Of a stretch of 64,000 bases of DNA, positions 1 through 10,420 are shown one piece after another. Position 1 is the stretch's first letter; each line of letters opens with the position of its first letter. Under the pieces are notes generated by a model. It did not search any database, had not been told where the DNA came from, and saw nothing but the letters and a program-made list of their open reading frames with translations. A program made the position numbers and the translations under genes. This stretch comes from Bacteroidota bacterium (GTDB lineage: Bacteria; Bacteroidota; Bacteroidia; 2-12-FULL-35-15): contig CANIFU010000003.1 in the NCBI GenBank assembly GCA_947466965.1, forward strand, positions 23,151 to 87,150, in the 5' to 3' direction.

Positions 1-97
1 AAATCGTAAAACGCTCAGGTGTTTTCCTGTGTCCATGTTTTTCCAAATATTCAGAAAAAATTTGTTTTACAGTTTCTTTTGTATCAGTTTCTGACAT
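1..97 (-). CDS. fur: Fur-family transcriptional regulator, N-terminal part (runs off the left edge)
   Basis: Not in the ORF track. Manual translation from ATG at 97 gives MSETDTKETVKQIFSEYLEKHGHRKTPERFTI, which matches the Bacteroidota Fur N-terminus (YL...GHRKTPERF.I). Confidence 0.8.
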   Translation of the reverse strand, partial: MSETDTKETVKQIFSEYLEKHGHRKTPERFTI

Positions 98-164
98 TCT
101 CTTTTTTTGAAATTGAGCTATAAAATTACGATTTTTTTTGGTTCAGAACCTGAAAAATAGTCAC

Positions 165-205
165 AAAAAAAAACGACTCAAAAGGCTTGCAAATGAGTCG
201 TTTTT
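165..205 (-). terminator. Intrinsic terminator downstream of relA/spoT
   Basis: Inverted repeat AAAACGACTCA...TGAGTCGTTTT, with a T-run on the minus strand just after the relA stop at 228. Confidence 0.75.
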
Positions 206-227
206 GGATAGAGGAAAGCTCTTGTTT

Positions 228-2447
228 TTAATTATTGCCGTCAATTCGGCTAACACTCAATACACCGTTTACCTTTTTTAGTTTTTTCATTAATTCTGTC
301 AGGTGATTTGTATCGTGCACAAATACCATTACGGTGCCTTCAAACGTTCCATCATTGGTATCAAAACTAATAGAACGCATATTCACATTTAACTCATTAG
401 AGATAATTTTTGTAATGTTATTTACTAATCCCACTTCATCAATTCCTGTAATTTTTAATCCCGACAAGAAAGAGATCAACTCTTGACTTGTCCATTTTGC
501 TTTTACCACACGATATGCATAGTTTGAGAGCAATTGAATGGCATTTGGACAGTTTACACGATGAATTTTTATTCCTTCGTTAATCGTGATAAAACCAAAT
601 ACATCATCACCGGGAATAGGAGTGCAGCAGGGTGAAAGTTTATAATCAATTTTTTGTAAATTTTCTCCAATCACCAGCAAGTCTGATTTCCCTCTTGCTG
701 CAGTAACCATTTGTTCTAGCGATTGAGTCGTATCTGTTTTTTTAATGTTTCCGGATTTATGAACGATTTTACCATGTTCCTGACGGAAATCTTTCAGATG
801 TTTTAGATTAATGTTTCCAACAGCAACTCTGTAGAATAACTCCTGGCTACTTTGTAATTTAAAATAATTCGTTAATTCATTGATGTTTGAAACAGTAAAG
901 TCTATTTTTAGATGATTGAATTTCCGTTGAAGCATTTCTCGTCCATCTTCAGCAATTTTTCTTCTTTCTTCTTTGAGAGCATTTTTGATTTTCGATTTAG
1001 CTCTTGCTGTAACAACATATCCAAGCCAATCTTCCTTTGGCGTTTGTTTATTTGATGTAAGTACTTCTACCTGATCACCACTTTTTAATTTGTAACTGAG
1101 TGGCACTAATTTATGATTCACTTTGGCCCCGATACATTTTTCGCCCACTTTTGTATGAATGTCAAAAGCGAAATCCAGTGCTGTTGCGCCTATTGGTAAT
1201 GTTTTCATTTCTCCTTTAGGAGTAAATGCAAAAATCTCTTCAGCAAAAAGGTTGAGTTTGAAATCATCCAAAAATTCCATTGCATTTTCTTCCGGACTTT
1301 CAAGTATCTCTCTGATCTTTCTTATCCAGTCGTCAAGTTGACTTTCATTTGCACTGTCTTTATACTTCCAATGAGCAGCATATCCTTTTTCAGCTAATTC
1401 ATCCATCCGAATGGTTCTAATCTGAACTTCCACCCATTTACCATCCGGACCCATAACAGTTGTATGTAAGCTTTCGTATCCATTGGCTTTGGGTGTCGAA
1501 ATCCAATCTCGGAGGCGATCAGGGCTTGGATGATAAAAATCGGTAACGATAGAGTAAACCCTCCAGCAGTCTGTTTTTTCATTTTCTGCGGGTGTGTCAA
1601 TAATAATTCTGATGGCAAATAAATCGTAAATTTCTTCAAAGGGAACACCTTTGTATTTAATTTTATTATTAATTGAATAGATAGATTTTGGTCGTCCGAT
1701 TATTTTTGCTTTCAGACCTTGTTCTTCTAATATTTCTTTGATCGGAACAATAAATTTGCTGATGAACTTTTTTCGTTCTGGTTCGGAATCTCGCAAACGT
1801 TTTTCAATATCTTCAAAAACTTCCGGCTCAGTAAATTTCAACCCTAAGTCCTCTAATTCAGTTTTTATTGCATTTAGTCCAAGGCGGTGAGCAAGCGGTG
1901 CATATAAATAAAGTGTTTCGGATGCTATTTTTAATTGTTTATCGCGTTTCATGCTTTCTAAGGTGCGCATGTTATGTAGGCGATCGGCTAGTTTAATAAG
2001 GATTACACGTACATCATCAGAAAGAGTAAGCAACATTTTTCTGAAATTCTCTGCTTGTAAAGAAGAGCTTTGATCAAATACACCTGAAATTTTTGTGAGT
2101 CCATCAATAATTTTAGCTTCCTTTTCTCCAAATAATCCTTTTATATCTTCAAGCGTAAGATCGGTATCTTCAACCACATCGTGAAGTAAAGCACAAACAA
2201 CTGATGTTGTTCCCAAACCTATTTCTTCGGCGCAGATGTGAGCAACAGCAATCGGGTGATAGATATAAGGTTCTCCTGATTTTCTGCGCATGTTTTTATG
2301 CGCCTCAAGTGAAATGTCAAATGCTTTTCGGATAAGAAGCTTGTCACCTTTTTCAAGCGTACGTTTACAGGCATGTAAAAGAGCACGATAACGTTTTAAT
2401 ATCTCTTTTTTTTCGTCTTCTAAATTAATAACAGGTTGTTCTTGCAT
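228..2447 (-). CDS. relA: Long bifunctional (p)ppGpp synthetase/hydrolase (RelA/SpoT homologue)
   Basis: RKSGEPYIYHP and intact HD motif (LHDVVED); KLADRLHNMRTL; synthetase motifs GRPK, YESLHTTV, EVQIRT; TGS domain; CCTPIPGD; C-terminal ACT domain. Confidence 0.95.
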   Translation of the reverse strand: MQEQPVINLEDEKKEILKRYRALLHACKRTLEKGDKLLIRKAFDISLEAHKNMRRKSGEPYIYHPIAVAHICAEEIGLGTTSVVCALLHDVVEDTDLTLEDIKGLFGEKEAKIIDGLTKISGVFDQSSSLQAENFRKMLLTLSDDVRVILIKLADRLHNMRTLESMKRDKQLKIASETLYLYAPLAHRLGLNAIKTELEDLGLKFTEPEVFEDIEKRLRDSEPERKKFISKFIVPIKEILEEQGLKAKIIGRPKSIYSINNKIKYKGVPFEEIYDLFAIRIIIDTPAENEKTDCWRVYSIVTDFYHPSPDRLRDWISTPKANGYESLHTTVMGPDGKWVEVQIRTIRMDELAEKGYAAHWKYKDSANESQLDDWIRKIREILESPEENAMEFLDDFKLNLFAEEIFAFTPKGEMKTLPIGATALDFAFDIHTKVGEKCIGAKVNHKLVPLSYKLKSGDQVEVLTSNKQTPKEDWLGYVVTARAKSKIKNALKEERRKIAEDGREMLQRKFNHLKIDFTVSNINELTNYFKLQSSQELFYRVAVGNINLKHLKDFRQEHGKIVHKSGNIKKTDTTQSLEQMVTAARGKSDLLVIGENLQKIDYKLSPCCTPIPGDDVFGFITINEGIKIHRVNCPNAIQLLSNYAYRVVKAKWTSQELISFLSGLKITGIDEVGLVNNITKIISNELNVNMRSISFDTNDGTFEGTVMVFVHDTNHLTELMKKLKKVNGVLSVSRIDGNN

Positions 2448-2595
2448 ACGGGTAGCATAATTTGGAGTAAAGTTAGCAATTTATGGTATTTAATAAAAAT
2501 GTGTTGAAAGTTAAATATAAGAGGTTTAAATATGTTTTTTGTTGAAATGAAAATTCTAATTTTATATCGCATCCCCTGCACATTGAAATATTAAA

Positions 2596-3012
2596 ATGAA
2601 TAAAGTAATCACAACGGTAGCAGAAATGTTTATCGATGAGCATGGTATTTTACAGATTAAAATATTACCCAATGCTCAGATAACAATAGAATCTGTTCGA
2701 GCGTATTTTTCAGCAACATTAGAAATGTTATCCGGAAAAAAAGCTCTTATTTTATTTGACGGGAGCGAAAATTATTTCATTACTGAAGAAGCAAAACGAT
2801 TTGGATCTAGCCAAGAGGTTACAGATACGCGTATTGCTATTGCCTATGTAACCAATTCAATTTCTAATAAACTGATTTTTAATTTATATATGAATATTTA
2901 TAAACCTTCGGTTCCTTCCAAAATGTTTTCTTCTAAGAAAGCTGGTTTGGAGTGGCTTAAAAAATTTTATATTATGCCGGGTGAAAAGTATATTTTAAAT
3001 AAGAAGAAATAG
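2596..3012 (+). CDS. Small STAS/SEC14 (SpoIIAA-like) domain protein
   Basis: 138 aa alpha/beta pattern (ILFD, IAIAYV, C-terminal P.KMF...AGLEWL) resembling stand-alone STAS/SEC14-like proteins of Bacteroidota. Confidence 0.6.
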   Translation: MNKVITTVAEMFIDEHGILQIKILPNAQITIESVRAYFSATLEMLSGKKALILFDGSENYFITEEAKRFGSSQEVTDTRIAIAYVTNSISNKLIFNLYMNIYKPSVPSKMFSSKKAGLEWLKKFYIMPGEKYILNKKK

Positions 3013-3924
3013 CTATTCAATCTTTCTTAACCAAACGCATAATTGCATCCCCGTATTTGTCATTTTCATATATGGTTTTACAAAAAAATCAACGAATTTA
3101 GGCATGTAGGTATTGCAAACATGATATTCATGAAAGATCACTTCATATTTATTTTGTTTTCCATGTAATTCAAAAGACTTTAACCCAAATTCATAAAGGT
3201 GAAACGGAGAATGCATCGGACTTATATTTCCAACATAATCCGTACAAATTAACTTGTAAAAAAAATTTATTATTTTGTGAATAAGCCAATGCGATGATGG
3301 AATTTCAATTTGAATAATACCATTGGGTTTAAGCCATTTTAAAGCTTTCACAATTGATTCTCCAGGTGAGTATAAATGTTCCAAAACTGCTCCAAATGTT
3401 ATAAAATCAAATTCATTCTCAGGGTAATCGATTTCTTCAATCATCCCCAATTTTAATTTTTCTGGATTAATTTTCATTTTATTTATTGCATTTTGATAAA
3501 ATGGTTCAGATGGCTCTAGGCCATATGTATCAAATCCTACATTGTTAAGCGCAATCATACACTTCCCTAATCCAGCTCCTATATCCAATGCTTTAGCCCC
3601 TTTTTTTATAGGTGCAAGATGTTGTAATGTTTTTATTTCATTTGCAAAATAATGATCGTTCAACAAAAAGTATTCTTCTTTCCAATAATTTTCAGGAGGA
3701 ACGCCATAGTGATCCTGAATATCGAAAGGTATTGGTTGAGGATTTGCAAATATTAAACTGCAAATATTACATTTCATAATAGTTGTAGTTATTCCGGTTT
3801 TTGACCTAGGTTTTTTCCCTTGCGCTGTATTCAACCGTTTTCCCAATATAAGATGGTTGGAGTTTGCAGCCCCACACATATTACAGTTTGTTATATTCAA
3901 AAAACGATATTTTAGTTCTTTCAT
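3013..3924 (-). CDS. Class I SAM-dependent methyltransferase with N-terminal Cys pairs
   Basis: ALDIGAGLG motif I, FDFITFGAVLEHL, LKPNG; CNMC...CNIC. Confidence 0.85.
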   Translation of the reverse strand: MKELKYRFLNITNCNMCGAANSNHLILGKRLNTAQGKKPRSKTGITTTIMKCNICSLIFANPQPIPFDIQDHYGVPPENYWKEEYFLLNDHYFANEIKTLQHLAPIKKGAKALDIGAGLGKCMIALNNVGFDTYGLEPSEPFYQNAINKMKINPEKLKLGMIEEIDYPENEFDFITFGAVLEHLYSPGESIVKALKWLKPNGIIQIEIPSSHWLIHKIINFFYKLICTDYVGNISPMHSPFHLYEFGLKSFELHGKQNKYEVIFHEYHVCNTYMPKFVDFFVKPYMKMTNTGMQLCVWLRKIE

Positions 3925-3925
3925 A

Positions 3926-4963
3926 TTAATTATCTTTTTGTTGCTCTAGTTCCCATTTCCAAGCCGAGCGCATCATATCCTCCAAATTATATTTAGGCGT
4001 CCAGCCAAGTATTTTTTCTGTAAAGGAATTGTCAGAATAAATAGCACCCACATCGCCTTCTCTTTTTTTACCGATTTCGAATTTTAATTTCAATCCGCTA
4101 ACTTTTTCAAAAGCGGAAATGGCTTCTAATACACTTACTCCATTTCCTGATCCCAAGTTTAAAATAGAAAAGTGTAATTTGTTTTTGTTTTCAATCAATA
4201 GGTCTAACGCTTTTATATGAGCAATGGCAATGTCTGTAACATGCACATAGTCGCGGATACATGTCCCATCTCGGGTAGGGTAATCGTTCCCAAAAACGGT
4301 CATTTGAGCGATTTTTCCAATTGCTGTATTTGTAATAATCGGAACCAGATTATTGGGTTTATTTATTGGTAATTCACCGTTAAGTCCGGATACATGAGCA
4401 CCTACTGGATTGAAATATCTTAATGCAATAGTTTGAATATGACTGTATGCTTTTGCATAATCTTTAATTATTTCCTCTCCTACTTGTTTTGTGAATGCAT
4501 AAGGAGATTCGGCTTTGCCAATTGGAGATGTTTCTTTAACAGGCAGCTCTTCAATATTACCATAAACAGAACAGGATGATGAAAAAATAAAGTTTTTTAT
4601 TTTATATTTTTCGCTGCAATCTAGAATGTTTAGGAGTGAGTTAATGTTGTTATAGTAATATTTTTGAGGATCTGAGACTGATTCTCCAACGGATTTGAAA
4701 GCAGCAAAATGAATAATTCCGACGATGTTATTGTATTGCTCAAATACCTTTTCTAATTCAGATTTATTGCAAATGTCAATTTGATAATTCAGAATTCGTT
4801 TGCCTGTTATTTGTTCAATTCTATCAAATGTTTTATTCGTTGAATTTGAATAGTTATCAATGGATACAACATTGAAACTTGTTGTTTGAATTAATTCTAT
4901 AATAGTATGAGAGCCTATATAACCAGCACCACCTGTTACAAGTATTGTTTTTGAAGAATTCAT
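3926..4963 (-). CDS. galE: UDP-glucose 4-epimerase
   Basis: TGGAGYIGSH, HFAAFKSVGES, FSSSCSVYG, YxxxK (PYAFTK), LRYFNPVGAH, DGTCIRDYVHV. Confidence 0.93.
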   Translation of the reverse strand: MNSSKTILVTGGAGYIGSHTIIELIQTTSFNVVSIDNYSNSTNKTFDRIEQITGKRILNYQIDICNKSELEKVFEQYNNIVGIIHFAAFKSVGESVSDPQKYYYNNINSLLNILDCSEKYKIKNFIFSSSCSVYGNIEELPVKETSPIGKAESPYAFTKQVGEEIIKDYAKAYSHIQTIALRYFNPVGAHVSGLNGELPINKPNNLVPIITNTAIGKIAQMTVFGNDYPTRDGTCIRDYVHVTDIAIAHIKALDLLIENKNKLHFSILNLGSGNGVSVLEAISAFEKVSGLKLKFEIGKKREGDVGAIYSDNSFTEKILGWTPKYNLEDMMRSAWKWELEQQKDN

Positions 4964-4969
4964 TTTTCT

Positions 4970-6211
4970 TTATCTAGTTATTTTTTTTGAACTTAGTTTT
5001 GCATAAATACGATCATATATTTCTATTCCTTTTTCAAGGGAAAAATATTTTTTCGAAGCATCGGTTATAGTTCTGTTATCAATATTCAAAAATACATCAA
5101 TTTGACTAATTATACGATTGTATTCCTCTATAGTAAATTCGTTAATAAGCATTCCTGCTCCCGAATCTGTAATTATTTTATCACTATCGCCAATTCCTGT
5201 GTTGGTTATAATTGGGATCCCCAATGACAGTATTTCTCCTGTTTTAGTTGGGGAAGAAGCTTTTTTTGAGTACAGGGGTTTGATAAAATAAATAGAGATA
5301 ACTGAAAGGCTTAAATATAAAGGAACTTCATTTCTGCTTGCGGAATGAATAATTAATTGGTCCTTAGATATACCTTTTGCAACGGCCTTAGATATGATAG
5401 TATTTTTGTCGTCAGGAGTTATGAATAGGAATTTTGCGTTTACCTTTTTTTCTAATAGACACTGGAAGAAATCCAACATTTCGTCTAGTAGATACCATGT
5501 TCCAATGGATCCCAAATAGCTTATTACGAAGTTATCCTTATTTAATTTTAGATCTGATCTTAATTCTTCTTGTTTTTTTAAATCAATGTTTTTTTGTGTA
5601 AATAAATTTAAGTCTGCACAACAGGGAATTACTTCTATAGGAATCTCTTTTGTTAGAAATGGTTTCCACGAGAGTATCTCTTTTTTAGCGTTTTCGGTTA
5701 AGCTGATTGTGTAATCTGCAGTATTAAGGAATTCAAGTTCTTTTTTTTTGAAAAAGCTATACAAGCTTTTTTGGATAGGGTTTTTAATATTCCAAATATT
5801 GCCATCAATACGTTCATCGGCCCAAAAACCACGCATATCAAAAATAAATTTGATACCCAATTTGTTTTTCAGTTTTAATCCGATTAATGCGGCCATGTAA
5901 CTTCTGCAATGTATCAATTCTATTTTATTTTCACTGCAAATATTTTTCGATACCCCTTGTATACGTATTAAATTAAGCTGTTTTGAGAAGATGGAAGGTA
6001 ATTCTGAATATGGCACTGGATGCCAACTAATACTATTTGCCTCTAAAAGTTGTTTAATAAAATCAGCAGATTTCTTGAACCGCTCTGATTTTTCACAGCT
6101 GACAATTGAGATAGAATGGCCTTTCTTGGATAGCCCAATTAAATAAGGTATTACCTGAGATTGACCAAGTGGATCAGTCATTCCATCATATGAAATATAA
6201 AGTGTGTTCAT
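4970..6211 (-). CDS. GT4-family glycosyltransferase
   Basis: GT-B fold motifs IHCRSY, FDMRGFWADER, SPTKTGE, TNTGIGD. ATG at 6211 (MNTLYISYDG) is a more likely start than the track's 6238. Confidence 0.85.
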   Translation of the reverse strand: MNTLYISYDGMTDPLGQSQVIPYLIGLSKKGHSISIVSCEKSERFKKSADFIKQLLEANSISWHPVPYSELPSIFSKQLNLIRIQGVSKNICSENKIELIHCRSYMAALIGLKLKNKLGIKFIFDMRGFWADERIDGNIWNIKNPIQKSLYSFFKKKELEFLNTADYTISLTENAKKEILSWKPFLTKEIPIEVIPCCADLNLFTQKNIDLKKQEELRSDLKLNKDNFVISYLGSIGTWYLLDEMLDFFQCLLEKKVNAKFLFITPDDKNTIISKAVAKGISKDQLIIHSASRNEVPLYLSLSVISIYFIKPLYSKKASSPTKTGEILSLGIPIITNTGIGDSDKIITDSGAGMLINEFTIEEYNRIISQIDVFLNIDNRTITDASKKYFSLEKGIEIYDRIYAKLSSKKITR

Positions 6212-6266
6212 CCAGTATAATGCATAATTTGCATGCAAGTTTAAGATATTATTTGGAACAATGTGT

Positions 6267-6274
6267 TACTTTTG
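6267..6274 (+). promoter_or_regulatory. Bacteroidota sigma-A -7 box (TACTTTTG)
   Basis: Matches TAnnTTTG ~35 nt upstream of the ATG at 6309. Confidence 0.5.
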
Positions 6275-6308
6275 TCTTAATTACACCTTCTAATTTGAAT
6301 AAGCGGTA

Positions 6309-7643
6309 ATGGTACTTACTATTTTCGATTTTCTATTAATTCCGATCTACTTGCTGGTGATTTATTATTTTGCAAGTAGAATTCAGCATAAGAATATAAA
6401 AGATAAGCCTTTGTATAAATGGTATACCAAAGGGTTGATGGTGAAGATATTCGGAGCAATCGCAGTTTGTCTTATTTATCAACTTTATTATACAGGTGGT
6501 GATACAACTAACTACTTTGAAACATCCAAAGCAATCGCTAATCTTTTATATAAAGACAGTTACATTTTTTGGGATGTGATTACTGGTAATAATTCATCTG
6601 AAAATTACAGCTATTTTGATTCGAATACTGGAATACCAGTTTATTGGCGTGACGATAAAACAGTTTATGCTGCGCGTTTATTTGTCCCTTTGTTTTTTCT
6701 TTCTTTCCAAAGTTTTGTTGTAATGGCAATTTTACTTTCTTGGATTTGTTATACAGGTATTTGGCGGTTATTTTTATTGTTCAATGATGTGTTTCCAGCA
6801 TTAGAAAAACAATTTGCAATTTCTTTTTTATTTATTCCATCTGTTGTTTTTTGGGGCTCCGGTTTGTTGAAAGATACGATTACACTTTCTGCTGTTGGTT
6901 GGTATACCTATCACTTTTATTACTTTTTTATTAAAAAGAAATATAACATTAAAAGTGCAATTTTCATTTTTGTTAGTTCGTATTTACTCATTGGAATTAA
7001 GCCTTATATTCTTTTTGCATTGCTTCCGGGATCCATTATTTGGTTGTCAAACGAAAGGTTAAAAAAGATACAAAGTAAAGTGTTGAGATCAATTGCAGCT
7101 CCTTTTTTTATTTCAATAGGAGTTGGCTTGGGCTTCTTTGTACTTTCTCAGATGGGTGATGTTTTAGGCGTTTATTCTGTTGATAAAGTGCTCGATAAAG
7201 CAGTAGCATCAAATATGGATCAAAAGCAAGAATATTATGGTGGTAATAGTTTTGATATTGGAGATTTTGATGCAACAGTATCAGGAACAATGAGTAAAGC
7301 TCATTTGGCAATTACGGCTACTTTATTTAGACCCTTTCTATGGGATGCGAAGAATCCGGTAATGCTTTTATCAGCGTTCGAAAACACTTATATCTTGCTA
7401 CTTACTTTATTTCTATTGTTTAAACTTAAATTTCTAGGATTCTTTGCTTTAATAGGTGAAAATCCTTTATTACTTTTTTCAGTTTTATTTTCACTTTTCT
7501 TTGCTTTTTCCGTAGGACTTGCGACTTCAAATTTCGGCTCCTTAGTTAGACTCAAGATTCCTTGTATTCCATTTTTTGTTTCTAGTCTTTTCGTTTTAAA
7601 ATATTTATACGAAAATAAGGTGAAAATTAAACCTCGTTTTTGA
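6309..7643 (+). CDS. Polytopic membrane protein, Wzy-like polymerase / GT-C-type candidate
   Basis: About 10-11 hydrophobic segments, GGDTTNY in the first large loop, FIPSVVFWGSGLLKD; lies inside the glycan locus. Function is inferred. Confidence 0.55.
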   Translation: MVLTIFDFLLIPIYLLVIYYFASRIQHKNIKDKPLYKWYTKGLMVKIFGAIAVCLIYQLYYTGGDTTNYFETSKAIANLLYKDSYIFWDVITGNNSSENYSYFDSNTGIPVYWRDDKTVYAARLFVPLFFLSFQSFVVMAILLSWICYTGIWRLFLLFNDVFPALEKQFAISFLFIPSVVFWGSGLLKDTITLSAVGWYTYHFYYFFIKKKYNIKSAIFIFVSSYLLIGIKPYILFALLPGSIIWLSNERLKKIQSKVLRSIAAPFFISIGVGLGFFVLSQMGDVLGVYSVDKVLDKAVASNMDQKQEYYGGNSFDIGDFDATVSGTMSKAHLAITATLFRPFLWDAKNPVMLLSAFENTYILLLTLFLLFKLKFLGFFALIGENPLLLFSVLFSLFFAFSVGLATSNFGSLVRLKIPCIPFFVSSLFVLKYLYENKVKIKPRF

Positions 7644-9510
7644 TTAACCATTTATGCAAAACAATAAGCAGCCATAAACGGTTGTATAAATAACTTTGCT
7701 TGTGTTTTAAAAAATCTTCCTTTAATTTTTTAACGTATTTATAATCAACGTAATTAAATTGTTTTATTACCTTTTCAGAAAGAAAGTCTTCGATAAGAAA
7801 CAACAATTCTTTATTAAGCCATTTTTCTAATGGAATTGCAAAACCTTGTTTGGGGCGATCAAAAAATTTAGCAGGAACATATTGATATAATATTTCTTTC
7901 AAAAGATATTTAGTGACGCCATTTTTATATTTCAAATCCGGGGACAGGTTCAAAGCAAATTCAATTATTCGGTGATCAAGAAAGGGAACACGCGTTTCCA
8001 ATGAAAAATGCATACTTGCCCTGTCGACTTTTGTTAATAAGTCATCTTGAAGATAAAAGTTCAGATCAAAAACAGCCTGCTTTTCCATCGCATCTAAATT
8101 CCTGGATAAATGATTGATTTCAATACCAAAATTATTTAATGATTCAGCATTTTTAGATCCTTTTGTATTACTGAAATCTTCTGTGAGCAAATGATCAAGA
8201 TCTTGTAATGAGAAATAATATTGTTCCTGAGAAAGAATATGACTGTATTGAAGAATATTATTGGGATATTTAAAATAATCCGCATGACGGCTAAATCTTG
8301 TTTTAGAATTGGATAGAATAGAAGAAATGGGTTGACGAAATGCCTTTACCAACGGTTGATTTAACCGTTGCGCCCATTTATATGCCCCATAGCCTAAAAA
8401 TAATTCATCTCCTCCTTCACCTGAAAGGGTTACTGTGACATGTTGTTTTGCTAATTTAGATACAAGTAGCGTTGGAATTGCTGATGAGTCGGCAAATGGC
8501 TCGCTGTATGTATCAAATATTGGTTCAATTAAGTCTATCGCATCTTTATATGAAACAATAAATTCATGATGATTGGTTCCTAAATAATTAGCAACCGCTT
8601 TAGCATAAATGGATTCATTAAATCGATTTTCTTCAAATCCAATCGAAAATGTATTCACTTTCACTCCAGAAATATTTACGGCATTTGCTGTAATCAAACT
8701 AGAATCAATACCCCCACTTAAAAAAACTCCAAAGGGAACATCGCTTTTAATCTGATATTGAACAGAGCTCATTAATAAATCACTTAACTTAACCAATGCT
8801 TCTTTTTCAGAAGTAATAATTTTTTCTGAAACTTGTTTATTCACTGACCAGTATTTGTGTGTTTCACAATTGTTTTTTGAAATCTTCAACCAGGAACCAG
8901 ATTCTAATTTTTTAATCGACTTGTATATGGATTGAGGTGTGGGAATAAATCCTAAATGTAGAAATTGATAAATAGCATTTTTATTTATTTCTAAGGGTAT
9001 GGCTGCCAATTTTTTTAGTGCTTTTAATTCAGAAGCAAATGCAAAATTTGCGCCATCCCAAAAATAATAGAATGGTTTTATTCCAATTCTATCGCGACAA
9101 ACAAATAGTTCTTTCTTTTCTTTATCATAAATTGCTATTGCAAACATTCCATTCAGTTTTTGAACGAAATCAGGGCCATACCATGCATAAGCTTCTAAAA
9201 TTACTTCAGAATCAGAAGAAGTTCGGAAATCTATTTTTTTATTTTGTTTGAGTTCAGTTGAAATTTCTCTGTAATTATAAACTTCTCCATTGTATACCAT
9301 TACATATCTGCCATCCAATGAATGCATTGGCTGGTTGGCGTTCTCAGATAGATCAATAATACTCAATCTTCGATGTCCCAATCCTATTGTTTCGTCTTTG
9401 AAATATCCACAAGCATCCGGACCGCGATGAGCAATTGAATTGGTCATGTCATGAAGTTCGTCCTCACTAAATTTATTACTGAAAGAGTAATATCCGGCTA
9501 TTCCACACAT
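7627..9510 (-). CDS. asnB: Asparagine synthase (glutamine-hydrolysing)-like amidotransferase, probably glycan amidation
   Basis: MCGIAG N-terminal Cys nucleophile, HRGPD, GHRRLSIIDL, LSGGIDSS, SGEGGDELF, ETRVPFLD, KQGF. Confidence 0.9.
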   Translation of the reverse strand: MCGIAGYYSFSNKFSEDELHDMTNSIAHRGPDACGYFKDETIGLGHRRLSIIDLSENANQPMHSLDGRYVMVYNGEVYNYREISTELKQNKKIDFRTSSDSEVILEAYAWYGPDFVQKLNGMFAIAIYDKEKKELFVCRDRIGIKPFYYFWDGANFAFASELKALKKLAAIPLEINKNAIYQFLHLGFIPTPQSIYKSIKKLESGSWLKISKNNCETHKYWSVNKQVSEKIITSEKEALVKLSDLLMSSVQYQIKSDVPFGVFLSGGIDSSLITANAVNISGVKVNTFSIGFEENRFNESIYAKAVANYLGTNHHEFIVSYKDAIDLIEPIFDTYSEPFADSSAIPTLLVSKLAKQHVTVTLSGEGGDELFLGYGAYKWAQRLNQPLVKAFRQPISSILSNSKTRFSRHADYFKYPNNILQYSHILSQEQYYFSLQDLDHLLTEDFSNTKGSKNAESLNNFGIEINHLSRNLDAMEKQAVFDLNFYLQDDLLTKVDRASMHFSLETRVPFLDHRIIEFALNLSPDLKYKNGVTKYLLKEILYQYVPAKFFDRPKQGFAIPLEKWLNKELLFLIEDFLSEKVIKQFNYVDYKYVKKLKEDFLKHKQSYLYNRLWLLIVLHKWLIKNEV

Positions 9511-9514
9511 ATAG

Positions 9515-10420
9515 TTATGCTTTAATGATTAATTGTTTTATAAATAGAAACGGATTGTAATACAATGCTTTTAATGAATATATAACACAAGGAAAAAACT
9601 GCTTTAAACGAAGAGAACTTCCTGCAAAAATATAATTGGTTTTGAAATTGAACTCCCCGATTAATTTTTTTGGAATCCGATTTATTGTCAGTACTTCTTT
9701 ATGAAAAAGTATATTATCACTTAGCAGACTTGGTGTGAAGTTGTTAGACATGCTTTTTTTATGAACACGGTAATATAAAAAGTTGTCATTAATCAATATT
9801 CCTTTTGTAAAATTTGAAACTTCCACTAAGAAAAATCGATCAGCACTGCTAGATAATTTAGTGTTAAAAAAAACAGCATTGTCCAATAATATTTTTGTAC
9901 GGAATATATAATTAGAAGGGCAAGTGATGATTTCTGAACTATAATTTAACACATCTTTTAAGATGTCTGTACTTGTGCCTTTCCAGATTTTTTCTGAAAG
10001 TTTGTTGCTTTGTTCGTTAATCTTAATCACGTAAGATGTACAAAATCCATATCCGTTGTTACGTTTTAATGCCTGAATACTTTTTTCAATATAGTGTTCA
10101 GATAAAACATCATCGGCATCTAAAAATAAAACAAATTCACCTTTTGCATTTTTTAATCCTTGATTTCTTGTATCAGAAACTCCCGTGTTTTTTTTGAATA
10201 TATAATTTAATCTTTTGTCATTTATCTTTTTAATGATGCACTCCGAATTGTCAGTAGAGCCATCATTGATGCAAATTATTTCAATGTTAGAATAGCTTTG
10301 TTTAAGAGCCGATTCTATAGTTTCAGCAATAAATGCTTCCGAATTATAGCAAGGAATAATAACGGAAACTAGCGGTTCTGAAGTTATTTCTTCTTGCATA
10401 TTGCCAAAAATGTTTTGCAT
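9515..10420 (-). CDS. GT2-family glycosyltransferase
   Basis: VSVIIPCYN, INDGSTD, RNQG, FLDADD. Start is probably ATG 10399. Confidence 0.9.
   Translation of the reverse strand: MQNIFGNMQEEITSEPLVSVIIPCYNSEAFIAETIESALKQSYSNIEIICINDGSTDNSECIIKKINDKRLNYIFKKNTGVSDTRNQGLKNAKGEFVLFLDADDVLSEHYIEKSIQALKRNNGYGFCTSYVIKINEQSNKLSEKIWKGTSTDILKDVLNYSSEIITCPSNYIFRTKILLDNAVFFNTKLSSSADRFFLVEVSNFTKGILINDNFLYYRVHKKSMSNNFTPSLLSDNILFHKEVLTINRIPKKLIGEFNFKTNYIFAGSSLRLKQFFPCVIYSLKALYYNPFLFIKQLIIKA

Noticed and set aside
5741..5749. Poly-T/poly-A tracts in glycosyltransferase genes as phase-variation sites
   Set aside because: Runs of 8-9 A/T occur throughout this AT-rich window, including housekeeping genes, and all frames are intact.
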